Positions 18,063-26,563 of a stretch of 64,000 nucleotides of DNA are shown here, piece after piece; positions within the stretch are counted from its first letter, which is position 1, and the number at the start of each line of letters is the position of its first letter. The stretch lies in assembly GCA_964652775.1 (NCBI GenBank), contig CAZZAM010000003.1, positions 26,633 to 90,632 of the forward strand, in the 5' to 3' direction. Both the position numbers and the translations under genes were made by a program. Origin of the DNA: an uncultured candidatus Brocadiaceae bacterium (lineage in GTDB: Bacteria > Planctomycetota > UBA11346). The notes beneath the pieces were generated by a model, which did no database searches, was not told the origin of the DNA, and was given only the letters and a program-made list of their open reading frames with translations.

Positions 18063-19621
18063 TATTCGACCTCACGGGGAAGGATCTCGACCCGTAAGCC
18101 AAACGCATCCTCAAACATGCGCTTCTTTTCGTCGGTGGCGATCCGTTCAAGGGCGATCTGGCGGCGGTCCACACGAATCAACAGGCGACCTGGATTCAGC
18201 TCACACTGCAAACGTTTAATGCGCTGGTTCCGTTCGACGTCGAGGGCGTAGGCAATGCGCAGCATCGACGCCAACTGACGAACGATAACCTTATCACGTC
18301 GTGACATCCCCTGAAATTCCAGGTGATGCGCAGCCGGTTGGTTGCGACGGTGATACCGGGCAATCTGCGAGACGACGCGCTTTTCATCAGCGGTCAGACC
18401 TGGAATGTCGGTTTGTTCGAGGATGTACATCGTGTGCTTATGGCGACCACGCACGTTGATGTAGGCGCCGATATCGTGAACCAACGCGGCAAATTCCAGC
18501 AGGGTTCGTTCACGATGATCCAGCCCATGCACTTTTTCGGTCTGATCGAATAGCTGAACTGCTAAGCTAGTGGTGTTCTCAGCATAGACGAGATCGCCGC
18601 CAAATCTGCTGACCAGGGCTTTGGCCTCGGCGACGAGATGTTCACGGTCGAGGTAATGCGGCCCCAAAGCCCCGGGCAGCAAATCAGCAACCAGACCATC
18701 GCGCAGAGACACTTGGGGAACCTGTACTTCGTCAAGGCCCGTGATTGCGCACACATGCAACACCAGGCAGGCAGCAGGTAGCAGGAGTGCAGCACCGCGC
18801 ACATCGCAACCACAGCGTTCGGCACGCGCCTGGTGAGTCAGCGGCCGCACGCTGTCGAACCAACGCTTCACCGTCTTTGCCGACAACGCTTCGATCGGCT
18901 TGGGTTCACCGGGCCGCAGCAGCGCGAGCAGCCGACGCACATCGCCACCGTTGACGTATACTGCACGAATGCGATCCACTGGATAGCGCACGAGCATCAT
19001 CCGCGCCGCGCCCTGCGCATCGCGATCGATCGACACGCCATAGTCATCTGAATCGAGCATGGCGGAAAATCGTTCCCAAACACGCACAGTGCCGTAATGC
19101 TCGTCAGATGAGCGGACCATCTTTCCATCGCTGACCAAACTGAGGATGGCGCCGCCACCGCCAATTTCGAGAACCAGCGAATCGTTCGTGAAGGTGCCAC
19201 CCTCCTTCTTGAGCAGCACAGCGAGACCTGCGTAGTAAAGCCGTGCTTCTTCGGCACCGTCGATTGGCTCCAACTCAATACCGGTTGCCGCGCGAACGCG
19301 TTCAATCAACACCTCGCCATTGGCCGCTTCACGCACGCCGGACGTCGCCACCGCACGCACTTCGGTGATGCCATAGCTTTTCATGCCCTTGCGCACACCG
19401 TCGATGGCAACGATGACCTCTGCCATCGACTCGTGACTCAGTTGTCCGCCAGTGAGGCCTTCACCAAGATCGATGGGACACACGATGTCTTCCAAGATCC
19501 TTGCCCCGTCGGCGCGGATCTCGACCAGCAACGAGCGCACCGCGCTGGTTCCACAATCGATCACCGCCGCCAATCGCGGCTGGTTCACCGGGCGCTGAAT
19601 ACGTGAAGAGCCGACTCTCAT
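18062..19621 (-). CDS. ppx: Exopolyphosphatase (Ppx/GppA family, with HD-like C-terminal domain)
   Basis: AVIDCGTSAVR, VATSGVREA, EEARL, EIGGG, LVHDIG..., LRIAYALD; stop overlaps the ppk1 start. Confidence 0.92.
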   Translation of the reverse strand: MRVGSSRIQRPVNQPRLAAVIDCGTSAVRSLLVEIRADGARILEDIVCPIDLGEGLTGGQLSHESMAEVIVAIDGVRKGMKSYGITEVRAVATSGVREAANGEVLIERVRAATGIELEPIDGAEEARLYYAGLAVLLKKEGGTFTNDSLVLEIGGGGAILSLVSDGKMVRSSDEHYGTVRVWERFSAMLDSDDYGVSIDRDAQGAARMMLVRYPVDRIRAVYVNGGDVRRLLALLRPGEPKPIEALSAKTVKRWFDSVRPLTHQARAERCGCDVRGAALLLPAACLVLHVCAITGLDEVQVPQVSLRDGLVADLLPGALGPHYLDREHLVAEAKALVSRFGGDLVYAENTTSLAVQLFDQTEKVHGLDHRERTLLEFAALVHDIGAYINVRGRHKHTMYILEQTDIPGLTADEKRVVSQIARYHRRNQPAAHHLEFQGMSRRDKVIVRQLASMLRIAYALDVERNQRIKRLQCELNPGRLLIRVDRRQIALERIATDEKKRMFEDAFGLRVEILPREVE

Positions 19622-20580
19622 CGCTTAGCCATGCCTGCCGCGACCGCTGCGCCAATGGCAACTGCACCGTCACCCAGTTTCGCCATCACCAACCGTGGAC
19701 GCTGGCGACGATACAACTCCGAGTACTCAATCATGCGTTTGGACACGCGCTCAAGCAGTGGTTTGCCTAGTGCCTCGCCAAGGCCACCGCCGATAATATA
19801 CACTTCGGGATCCAGCAGGTTGCCGACTGACGATAGACCCCAAGCCAATGCATCGGTCATGCGATTGATCGCCACTTTGACAACCGGATCGCCTTTCTTC
19901 AGGGCCGCTGAAATCTCGCTCGATTTAATCATCTTCGTCGGCGTCAGCATGCAGCGCCTTCCTGCCCGCCGAGCCTCGGTGATCAGGCGCATGACCCCGG
20001 ACTTTGAAGCCACGGTTTCGAGGCAATGTCGACGTCCGCAACCACAGAGCGCGTCACTTTCAGGATAGGGCACGTGCCCAATTTCTCCGCCGAAGCCATG
20101 GGCGCCATTGACGACCTGGCCATCCAGAATAACACCGCCACCCAGGCCAGTTCCTACGAAGGCAGAAAATGCACTGCGCGCATTCATGGCAGCCCCATAG
20201 GCTACTTCACCAAGCGCACCAAAATTGACGTCATTTCCCAGCACCACGCGCATACCCAATTCGCTCGCTAGATCCTTGGCAATCGGTTTATTCACCCAAC
20301 CAAGATTGGGGCAGAAGAGCGCAACTCCACGATCGCTGTCGATCGGTCCGGGAGCACCGATACCGATGCTGTGTACGTCCTTGCGCCGAAGATCAGCGTC
20401 ATCGAGGGCATCGCTAGCCACTGCGGCCACCCGCTGCATGACCCGTTGGTAGCCCTTGTGCGGTTTAGTCGCAGCTTTCGACGAGCCGATAACACGTCCC
20501 TTTCGATCGATCACGACCGCATAAATTTTGGTTCCACCGAGGTCAACACCGAGTCGGTACTTTGGGGGCTTCGCAGGCAT
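19618..20580 (-). CDS. ROK-family sugar kinase (glucokinase-like)
   Basis: GVDLGGTKI, GNDVNFGALGE, GTGLGGG, GEIGH, CGCGRRHCLE. Start taken at ATG 20580. Confidence 0.9.
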   Translation of the reverse strand: MPAKPPKYRLGVDLGGTKIYAVVIDRKGRVIGSSKAATKPHKGYQRVMQRVAAVASDALDDADLRRKDVHSIGIGAPGPIDSDRGVALFCPNLGWVNKPIAKDLASELGMRVVLGNDVNFGALGEVAYGAAMNARSAFSAFVGTGLGGGVILDGQVVNGAHGFGGEIGHVPYPESDALCGCGRRHCLETVASKSGVMRLITEARRAGRRCMLTPTKMIKSSEISAALKKGDPVVKVAINRMTDALAWGLSSVGNLLDPEVYIIGGGLGEALGKPLLERVSKRMIEYSELYRRQRPRLVMAKLGDGAVAIGAAVAAGMAKR

Positions 20581-20789
20581 GGGCGGGAGGGTAATCGCAT
20601 TGCCGCGCATGGCCACCAGTAGCTACGAGCTGCGAGCTGCGAGCTTCGAGTCTCGAATTTTTGCATATAAAATCAGGATTCCCTTTGAACATTGGATTTT
20701 TTGAGTGTCCAAACTCGCAGCTCGAAGCTTGCAGCTCGTAGCTAGTTGGTTGCCATGTGCGGCAATGTCCCCACCCTGCCCCCCATGCC
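20576..20789. repeat. Imperfect palindrome spanning the whole divergent intergenic region, with (GAGCTGC)n-type heptamer arms
   Basis: agctacgagctgcgagctgcgagcttcgag (from 20621) pairs with ctcgcagctcgaagcttgcagctcgtagct (to about 20743). The similarity extends outward through both start codons. Confidence 0.85.
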
Positions 20790-21522
20790 AACCGTGTGGG
20801 CCTTATCAGATCTTCATCTGTCGCTGTCTGGCGCCAAGCCGATGGACGTGTTCGGCGATCATTGGGAGAAACACCACGAGCAGATGGCCGAGGCCTGGGA
20901 TCGTCTGGTTGGCCCTGATGACATCGTTCTGTCGCCCGGTGATGTGTGCTGGGCGATGAAGCCAGCCGAAGCTACCATTGACTTGGCCTGGATCGGACAA
21001 CGGCCGGGTTGGAAAGTTCTCGCCAAAGGCAATCACGACTACTGGTGGCCGAGTACCAAGAAAGGCCTCGCAGCGGCCTTGCCCCAGCGCACGGTCGCGA
21101 TCAAGAAGACTGCGGCGCGCATCGCCGGCATCGGATTCTTCGGCGCACGTGGCGGCGACTTCGCCGCCAATCCGCGCTACGGTGACAAGCGGACGCAGGC
21201 CGACATCGATACGTGGCTGGATCGCGAGGAAATCGAGTTGAAAACGTCGATCGCTGAACTCGATCGCCTTGATGCCGAAGCTGGTGTCCCACGCGGACTC
21301 CGCATCTGCGTCTTCCATTATCCACCGGTGCCGCCGGGTCGGCGGTCGAGTCGCTTCACCCCGATCATCACCGCCGCCGGAGCCAGTCATTGCGTCTACG
21401 GCCACCTCCACGGCAAACAGGTTGGCCCGGCTAAGGTCGAGGGCGAGATCGACGGCGTTCAGTACCGTTGTGCGAGTTGCGATTTGATCGCTTTTACCCC
21501 GGTGGAAATTTGTCGCGTATGA
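20785..21522 (+). CDS. Calcineurin-like metallophosphoesterase
   Basis: ALSDLHL, SPGDV, KGNHDYW, VFHYPP, YGHLH. Confidence 0.9.
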   Translation: MPTVWALSDLHLSLSGAKPMDVFGDHWEKHHEQMAEAWDRLVGPDDIVLSPGDVCWAMKPAEATIDLAWIGQRPGWKVLAKGNHDYWWPSTKKGLAAALPQRTVAIKKTAARIAGIGFFGARGGDFAANPRYGDKRTQADIDTWLDREEIELKTSIAELDRLDAEAGVPRGLRICVFHYPPVPPGRRSSRFTPIITAAGASHCVYGHLHGKQVGPAKVEGEIDGVQYRCASCDLIAFTPVEICRV

Positions 21523-21560
21523 GCCTGTTACTCGTTGGACCCTTCAAGGATTAGCAACAC

Positions 21561-21821
21561 ATGGACAACGCCGTGAACCTATGGAACTGCTCTCTGCATC
21601 TTGATCCGAATGCAGCCGTACGCCCGGGAACGTTGGCACGCATTTGCGGCGTGTTTGCCGACCGTGACATCAGCATCGAGAGTATCTCGGCCGGGAACAG
21701 CACCTCGGAAGCGTGGGTATTACTCACCTTCACGACTACGCCGTTGATCGCTGAAGAAATTCGTTCGAGCCTGATGAGTTTTAGCAATGCGCGCAGGGTT
21801 AACATAGCCGCAGCGGGGTAA
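21561..21821 (+). CDS. Stand-alone ACT-domain protein
   Basis: RPGTLARICGVFADRDISIESIS is the ACT signature. Confidence 0.7.
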   Translation: MDNAVNLWNCSLHLDPNAAVRPGTLARICGVFADRDISIESISAGNSTSEAWVLLTFTTTPLIAEEIRSSLMSFSNARRVNIAAAG

Positions 21822-21835
21822 CCTTTAGACCTGGA

Positions 21836-22066
21836 TTAAGTATCCTTCACCCCGCCGCCAATGACTAATCGGCCAATCTTCCAATCTAGGTAGATCAATG
21901 GCCCAAAGAATTGCGCTGGGGCAGGAAGCAATTCCGACGACCCTACCGGAATATACTTCTTACCGAAAAAACCTGTCGAGCCGATCGATATGTGATCGAT
22001 CCAAATCAAGTATGCAACAACGTACCCAATCAATGCAAAACAAATAACAACGAGGAGTCTTTTCAT
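21836..22066 (-). CDS. Small hypothetical membrane/secreted protein in an AT-richer patch
   Basis: MKRLLVVICFALIGYVVAYLIW hydrophobic N-terminus; fills the gap between real genes. Confidence 0.5.
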   Translation of the reverse strand: MKRLLVVICFALIGYVVAYLIWIDHISIGSTGFFGKKYIPVGSSELLPAPAQFFGPLIYLDWKIGRLVIGGGVKDT

Positions 22067-22168
22067 GGGAGTCTCGTTTCACCACGGTTTTCACTAAACT
22101 TATAACAATACCGTAACCACGATCAACAAGGCTTGAGGGTTTCACCGCAGCAGTACCCTCCTGCCACC

Positions 22169-23494
22169 ATGCCTGACCCATTCAAAGCCTACGACATCCG
22201 CGGACTCTATCCCCAGGAACTCAACGAGTCCTTGGCGTATCAAATCGGCAACGCCACCGCGCAGGTCCTCGGACTTACGGGCAAGCGTTTCACCGTCGGA
22301 CGCGACATGCGCGTTTCGGGACCGGCGCTGAAGGTCGCGGTCGTGAAGGGACTGGTCGATGCTGGCGTTCATGTCATAGACGTCGGCATGGTTTCGACTC
22401 CGGCGGTGACGTTCAGTATGCACCACCTGAACACTGACGGCGGCATCCAAGTCACCGCATCGCACAACCCAGCGGCGTATGGCGGCATCAAGATCACCGG
22501 CCCTGGCTTCAAGCCGATCGGTGGCGGCAGCGGCATGGAGGAGATTGAACAGATCGCCCGCGCTTGCCAGATCGTCAAGAAACCCGGCGGCACGATTACC
22601 GAAGCGGTGACGATTGACGCCTACGCAGTTTACCTCGCCAAGCTGTGGGCACCGAAGCGCAAACTCAAAATCGTCGTCGACGGTGGCAACGGCATCATCG
22701 GCACCATGTTCCAACACCTGCTACCGAAGCTGGGTAACATCGAGGTCGTGGCGATGAACTTCGATCCCGATGGTCGCTTTCCGGTCCACGAGGCGAACCC
22801 CCTCAAGCTGGAAAATCTCAAGGACATCCAGGCCCGCGTGAAGGCCGAAAAAGCCGACTTCGGCGCTGCGTTCGACGGCGACGGCGACCGCTGCGCACTG
22901 ATCGATGAAACCGGCGAATTCATTTCCTGCGACTTCACCACCGCGCTGTTGGCCAAGGCGTATCTCGCCAAGGAGCCAGGCGCGACGATAGCGTACGATC
23001 TGCGCTCATCGAAGGTCGTCGCCGAATACGTCGCCGTGCTCGGTGGCAAGTCGGTCGAAACCCGCGTCGGCCACAGTTTCATCAAGCAGACACTCAAGCA
23101 GGAACACGCCGTCCTCGCCGGGGAATTGTCCGGTCACTACTATTTCCGCGACTTCTGGAACGCGGACAGCGGGCTCTACGCCTTCATCTTGCTGGCCAAC
23201 ATCGCCAGCGAGACCAAGAACCTGTCCGATCTGATCAAGCCACTGCGTAAATATTTCCACACCGGCGAGATCAACTTCAAGGTCGCCGACCCAGCAGCGG
23301 TGTTCGCCCGCGCCAAGGCCCTGCCCGGCGGCAAGGTTGCTGAACTCGACGGGGTGACGGTTCGTTTCAAGGACTGGTGGTTCAACATCCGCGCCTCCAA
23401 CACCGAACCGGTCGTGCGCCTGAACCTCGAAGCCGATACCGCCGCGTTGCGCGACGCCAAGCTCACTGAGATTAAAAAGCTGATCGCGGGATGA
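22169..23494 (+). CDS. Phosphomannomutase/phosphoglucomutase
   Basis: FKAYDIRG, VTASHNP (catalytic Ser), FDGDGDR (metal loop), GELSGH, RASNTEP. Confidence 0.95.
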   Translation: MPDPFKAYDIRGLYPQELNESLAYQIGNATAQVLGLTGKRFTVGRDMRVSGPALKVAVVKGLVDAGVHVIDVGMVSTPAVTFSMHHLNTDGGIQVTASHNPAAYGGIKITGPGFKPIGGGSGMEEIEQIARACQIVKKPGGTITEAVTIDAYAVYLAKLWAPKRKLKIVVDGGNGIIGTMFQHLLPKLGNIEVVAMNFDPDGRFPVHEANPLKLENLKDIQARVKAEKADFGAAFDGDGDRCALIDETGEFISCDFTTALLAKAYLAKEPGATIAYDLRSSKVVAEYVAVLGGKSVETRVGHSFIKQTLKQEHAVLAGELSGHYYFRDFWNADSGLYAFILLANIASETKNLSDLIKPLRKYFHTGEINFKVADPAAVFARAKALPGGKVAELDGVTVRFKDWWFNIRASNTEPVVRLNLEADTAALRDAKLTEIKKLIAG

Positions 23495-23511
23495 ATGTCA
23501 CACTTTCGATC

Positions 23512-23652
23512 CAAGGCAACCGCAGAGGCGCAGAGGCCGCTGAGGACACAGAGAATGCCTTGAGTTTTGACTGGCAGTCAGCATTGAAAGAATCTAGCCC
23601 TCCGATTCCCCTCTGCGATCTCCGCGGCCTCTGCGCCTCAGCGGTTGCCTTG
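23512..23652. repeat. Palindromic MITE/REP-like element, CGCAGAGG-unit family, copy 2
   Basis: Begins with the same caaggcaaccgcagaggcgcagaggccgctgag as copy 1; right arm ends gcggttgccttg. Confidence 0.9.
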
Positions 23653-23663
23653 ATGTTTAGTCG

Positions 23664-24389
23664 ATGCTGATCCTCGACGGGGTCCGGAAATCGTTCTATG
23701 ACCCCGGTCGTGGTGAGGTCCGCGCTGTTGATGGCGTCGATCTGCAGTTCAACGATGGCGTCACCGCGATTATGGGCGCAAACGGCGCTGGAAAATCCAC
23801 CCTCCTGCGCCTGATCGCGACCCTGCTGATTCCCGACGCTGGCCGCGTGTTGGTGGACGGCATCGACACAACGATTGATGCCGACGCGGTTCGTCGCCGG
23901 ATGGGGTATCTCTCGACTTCGACCAAGCTCTATCAACGTCTGACCACCAGAGAAATGCTGGTGCATGTTGGCGGATTTTATGGCTTAACGGCAGCACAAC
24001 TAACGGAACGTATCTCCGTACAAAATCGCTTGTTCCAACTTGACGCTTTTCTTGAGCAGCGCCTCGAAGGGCTGTCCACCGGTCAGATGCAACGGGTGAA
24101 TCTCGCGCGCACGCTCTTGGCCGATCCGCCACTTCTCATTCTTGATGAACCGACAACCGGCCTAGATGTATTGGCTGCAGCACAAGTTGTCGAATCGGTC
24201 CAGCAGGCGCGGCGTCCTGGACGACTGGTGCTCTACTGCACCCATGTGCCGGCTGAAGTCGAAGCAACCGCCGATCGCCTGGTCTTAATCCGCGATGGCC
24301 GCGTGGCCTGGGACGGTATCCCCCGCGATCTCGGCAGTGGCGATGCCTTTGCCGCCGCTGTGCGCACCTTATTGGCGCCGTCATGTTGA
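23664..24389 (+). CDS. ABC transporter ATP-binding protein (NatA-like)
   Basis: Walker A GANGAGKST, signature LSTGQMQR, Walker B LLILDEPT. Confidence 0.92.
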   Translation: MLILDGVRKSFYDPGRGEVRAVDGVDLQFNDGVTAIMGANGAGKSTLLRLIATLLIPDAGRVLVDGIDTTIDADAVRRRMGYLSTSTKLYQRLTTREMLVHVGGFYGLTAAQLTERISVQNRLFQLDAFLEQRLEGLSTGQMQRVNLARTLLADPPLLILDEPTTGLDVLAAAQVVESVQQARRPGRLVLYCTHVPAEVEATADRLVLIRDGRVAWDGIPRDLGSGDAFAAAVRTLLAPSC

Positions 24390-26521
24390 TTCCACGCGAC
24401 GCCTGGGCGGTATTCAAGAAGGACGGACTCGAAGTCCTACGCGACCGCCGCACGTTGTTCGTCAATCTCGTATTGCCGGCGCTCCTGTATCCGCTCATGG
24501 TGCTGTTCATGCTGCAGGTGAAGCAGCTGTCGGAGATTCAAGATCACGAGCGTCCACGAGTCGCAGTTGTCGGGGCTCCGCCCGAATTGCTGACCCATCT
24601 GCGCGCTGCTGCGTCCGAGGCCAAAAAGTCCGGTTCGGCAACGGCGGCCGCATTACGCTTCGACCTCGTGGAAGAGCTGCCCTGCGCACAGCAATTGACT
24701 GAATTGGTGACCCCCATCCTGAAGCATGCGTCCGGATCAGCGAATGGCCTCAGTGACAACGCCCGCCGTGAATCGCTGCGCCTGATCCGTGAGGCCAAGA
24801 TCACCGAAGTCCTGGTTGTTGGACCAGCCAAAAATGGCGTCATCGCGGTCGCGGTACTGGCCGACGAAGCGAATAGTCGGCTGAGTGAGGTTCGTCCGTT
24901 GATTGATCACGCGACTGACGCCTGGAAACGAGAGCTGATTGAGCGATCCCTGCACGGTCACGGTGTCGATATCGCCGTTTTGAAGCCGCTGCATATCGAA
25001 GCGCCTGCGCTTGCGCCCATCGCTGAAACCGTGCGCACGCATGTCGCCGGCCTGATCCCCTACATTCTGGTCATGCTCGCCACGATGGCCGCCTTCCACC
25101 CGGCAATCGATCTCATGGCCGGCGAACGCGAACGCGGCACACTGGAAACTCTGCTGTCCTTGCCAATGCGGCGGCGCAACATTGTGATTGGCAAACTGCT
25201 GGTGGTCGGTGTCTCGGCCTTGGTCGCGATCCTCTGCAATCTGCTCTCACTCGGACTCAGTGTGCTGGTCATGGGATCACAGTTGCTGGCGGCGACCGGC
25301 AACATCGGCATCGACCTCACGGAGGCGCTCAGCATGGGTGTGTCTACGCTCGCCTTGTGCTTTTTAGTTCTGTCTCCACTGGTCGTCGCCATCGCAGCGC
25401 TCGCGATCGGTCTGTCTGGATTTGCAGCTAGCGTCAAAGAGGCGCAAACGTGGCTGACGCCGCTGATACTCGCGGTTATGTTCTCAGCGATCGTCGTGCT
25501 AGAACCCTCGATCAGACCATCGTATCCGCTCGATCTGGTGCCAATTACTGGAGCCGTGCTGGCGTTGAAAGAAGCCCTGCAGTCGCCGACCATACCGTGG
25601 GATCATCTCGTGCTGTCAACACTCGCGAGTCTCGCCGTGGCGGTGGTCATCGTCGGCTGGTGCACGCAGTTGCTCGAGCAGGAACGCTTCCGCTATCCCG
25701 GCCTGGTCCGCGCTGGTTGGGGACGCTGGCGGAAATGGTGGCCGCCGAATGGCCGCGCCGCGCATGCGCCGACTGGACCTGAAGTCCTCATCGTCTATGC
25801 GGTCGCGGTTGCCGGCATGGTGTTCGTTCCGGGATTTCTGATCAACGAACATCCGGTCGTGCTGCTCGTGTTGCCACTGATCCTGTGTGTCGCCGGACCA
25901 GCACTCACCCATGCGTGGATGGGCGCCTATGATGCGCGCAAGCTGTTCAGCCTGAGAGCTCCGCAGGGTTCCGGCATCGCTGCCGCCGTGCTGCTCTTGC
26001 CATTAGCCGTAAGCCTGTCCTTCGGCTTGGGCGCGTTGCAAAGCCATTTCGTCGATGCCAAACATCTGCAGAGCGGTGAGGATCAGTTCCAACAGATATT
26101 CCAGCGGATCGGCGATCTCGGTGGCCTGCCGCTACTGATCCTCTGTGCTGCGGTGGCACCCGGCATCTGCGAAGAGCTGCTTTGCCGGGGAACCCTGCTG
26201 ACCGGTCTACGTCGGAGCGCCGGACCGGCCTGGGCGGTCATCATCAGCGCGTTCCTATTCGCCGTCCTGCACGGATCACCGCTGCGCTTTATGCCCCAGA
26301 TGATGCTCGGCATCCTGCTCGCGCTGATCACCCTGCGCAGCGGCTCGATCATTCCGGCAATGATCATTCACGCTGGTCACAATGCCCTGGTGATCAGCCT
26401 TAGTTTCATCGGCATGACAGAACCGTCATCGACGTTGGTCTGGAGTATTGCCATTGCCGCGCTGCCGCTGGGTTACATCGGCTGGCGTCTCGCCGATCGC
26501 ACGGGGAAGCCGGCCGCCTGA
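24383..26521 (+). CDS. ABC-2/NatB-like permease fused to a CPBP (Abi/CAAX) intramembrane protease
   Basis: KKDGLEVLRDRRTL, AGERERGTLETLL, GK..V; C-terminal EELLCRG, FLFAVLH, HAGHN. Confidence 0.88.
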   Translation: MLIPRDAWAVFKKDGLEVLRDRRTLFVNLVLPALLYPLMVLFMLQVKQLSEIQDHERPRVAVVGAPPELLTHLRAAASEAKKSGSATAAALRFDLVEELPCAQQLTELVTPILKHASGSANGLSDNARRESLRLIREAKITEVLVVGPAKNGVIAVAVLADEANSRLSEVRPLIDHATDAWKRELIERSLHGHGVDIAVLKPLHIEAPALAPIAETVRTHVAGLIPYILVMLATMAAFHPAIDLMAGERERGTLETLLSLPMRRRNIVIGKLLVVGVSALVAILCNLLSLGLSVLVMGSQLLAATGNIGIDLTEALSMGVSTLALCFLVLSPLVVAIAALAIGLSGFAASVKEAQTWLTPLILAVMFSAIVVLEPSIRPSYPLDLVPITGAVLALKEALQSPTIPWDHLVLSTLASLAVAVVIVGWCTQLLEQERFRYPGLVRAGWGRWRKWWPPNGRAAHAPTGPEVLIVYAVAVAGMVFVPGFLINEHPVVLLVLPLILCVAGPALTHAWMGAYDARKLFSLRAPQGSGIAAAVLLLPLAVSLSFGLGALQSHFVDAKHLQSGEDQFQQIFQRIGDLGGLPLLILCAAVAPGICEELLCRGTLLTGLRRSAGPAWAVIISAFLFAVLHGSPLRFMPQMMLGILLALITLRSGSIIPAMIIHAGHNALVISLSFIGMTEPSSTLVWSIAIAALPLGYIGWRLADRTGKPAA

Positions 26522-26563
26522 CCTGAGCGTAGGCTTTTTCCAATTCACGCTACGCTAGTTCGC

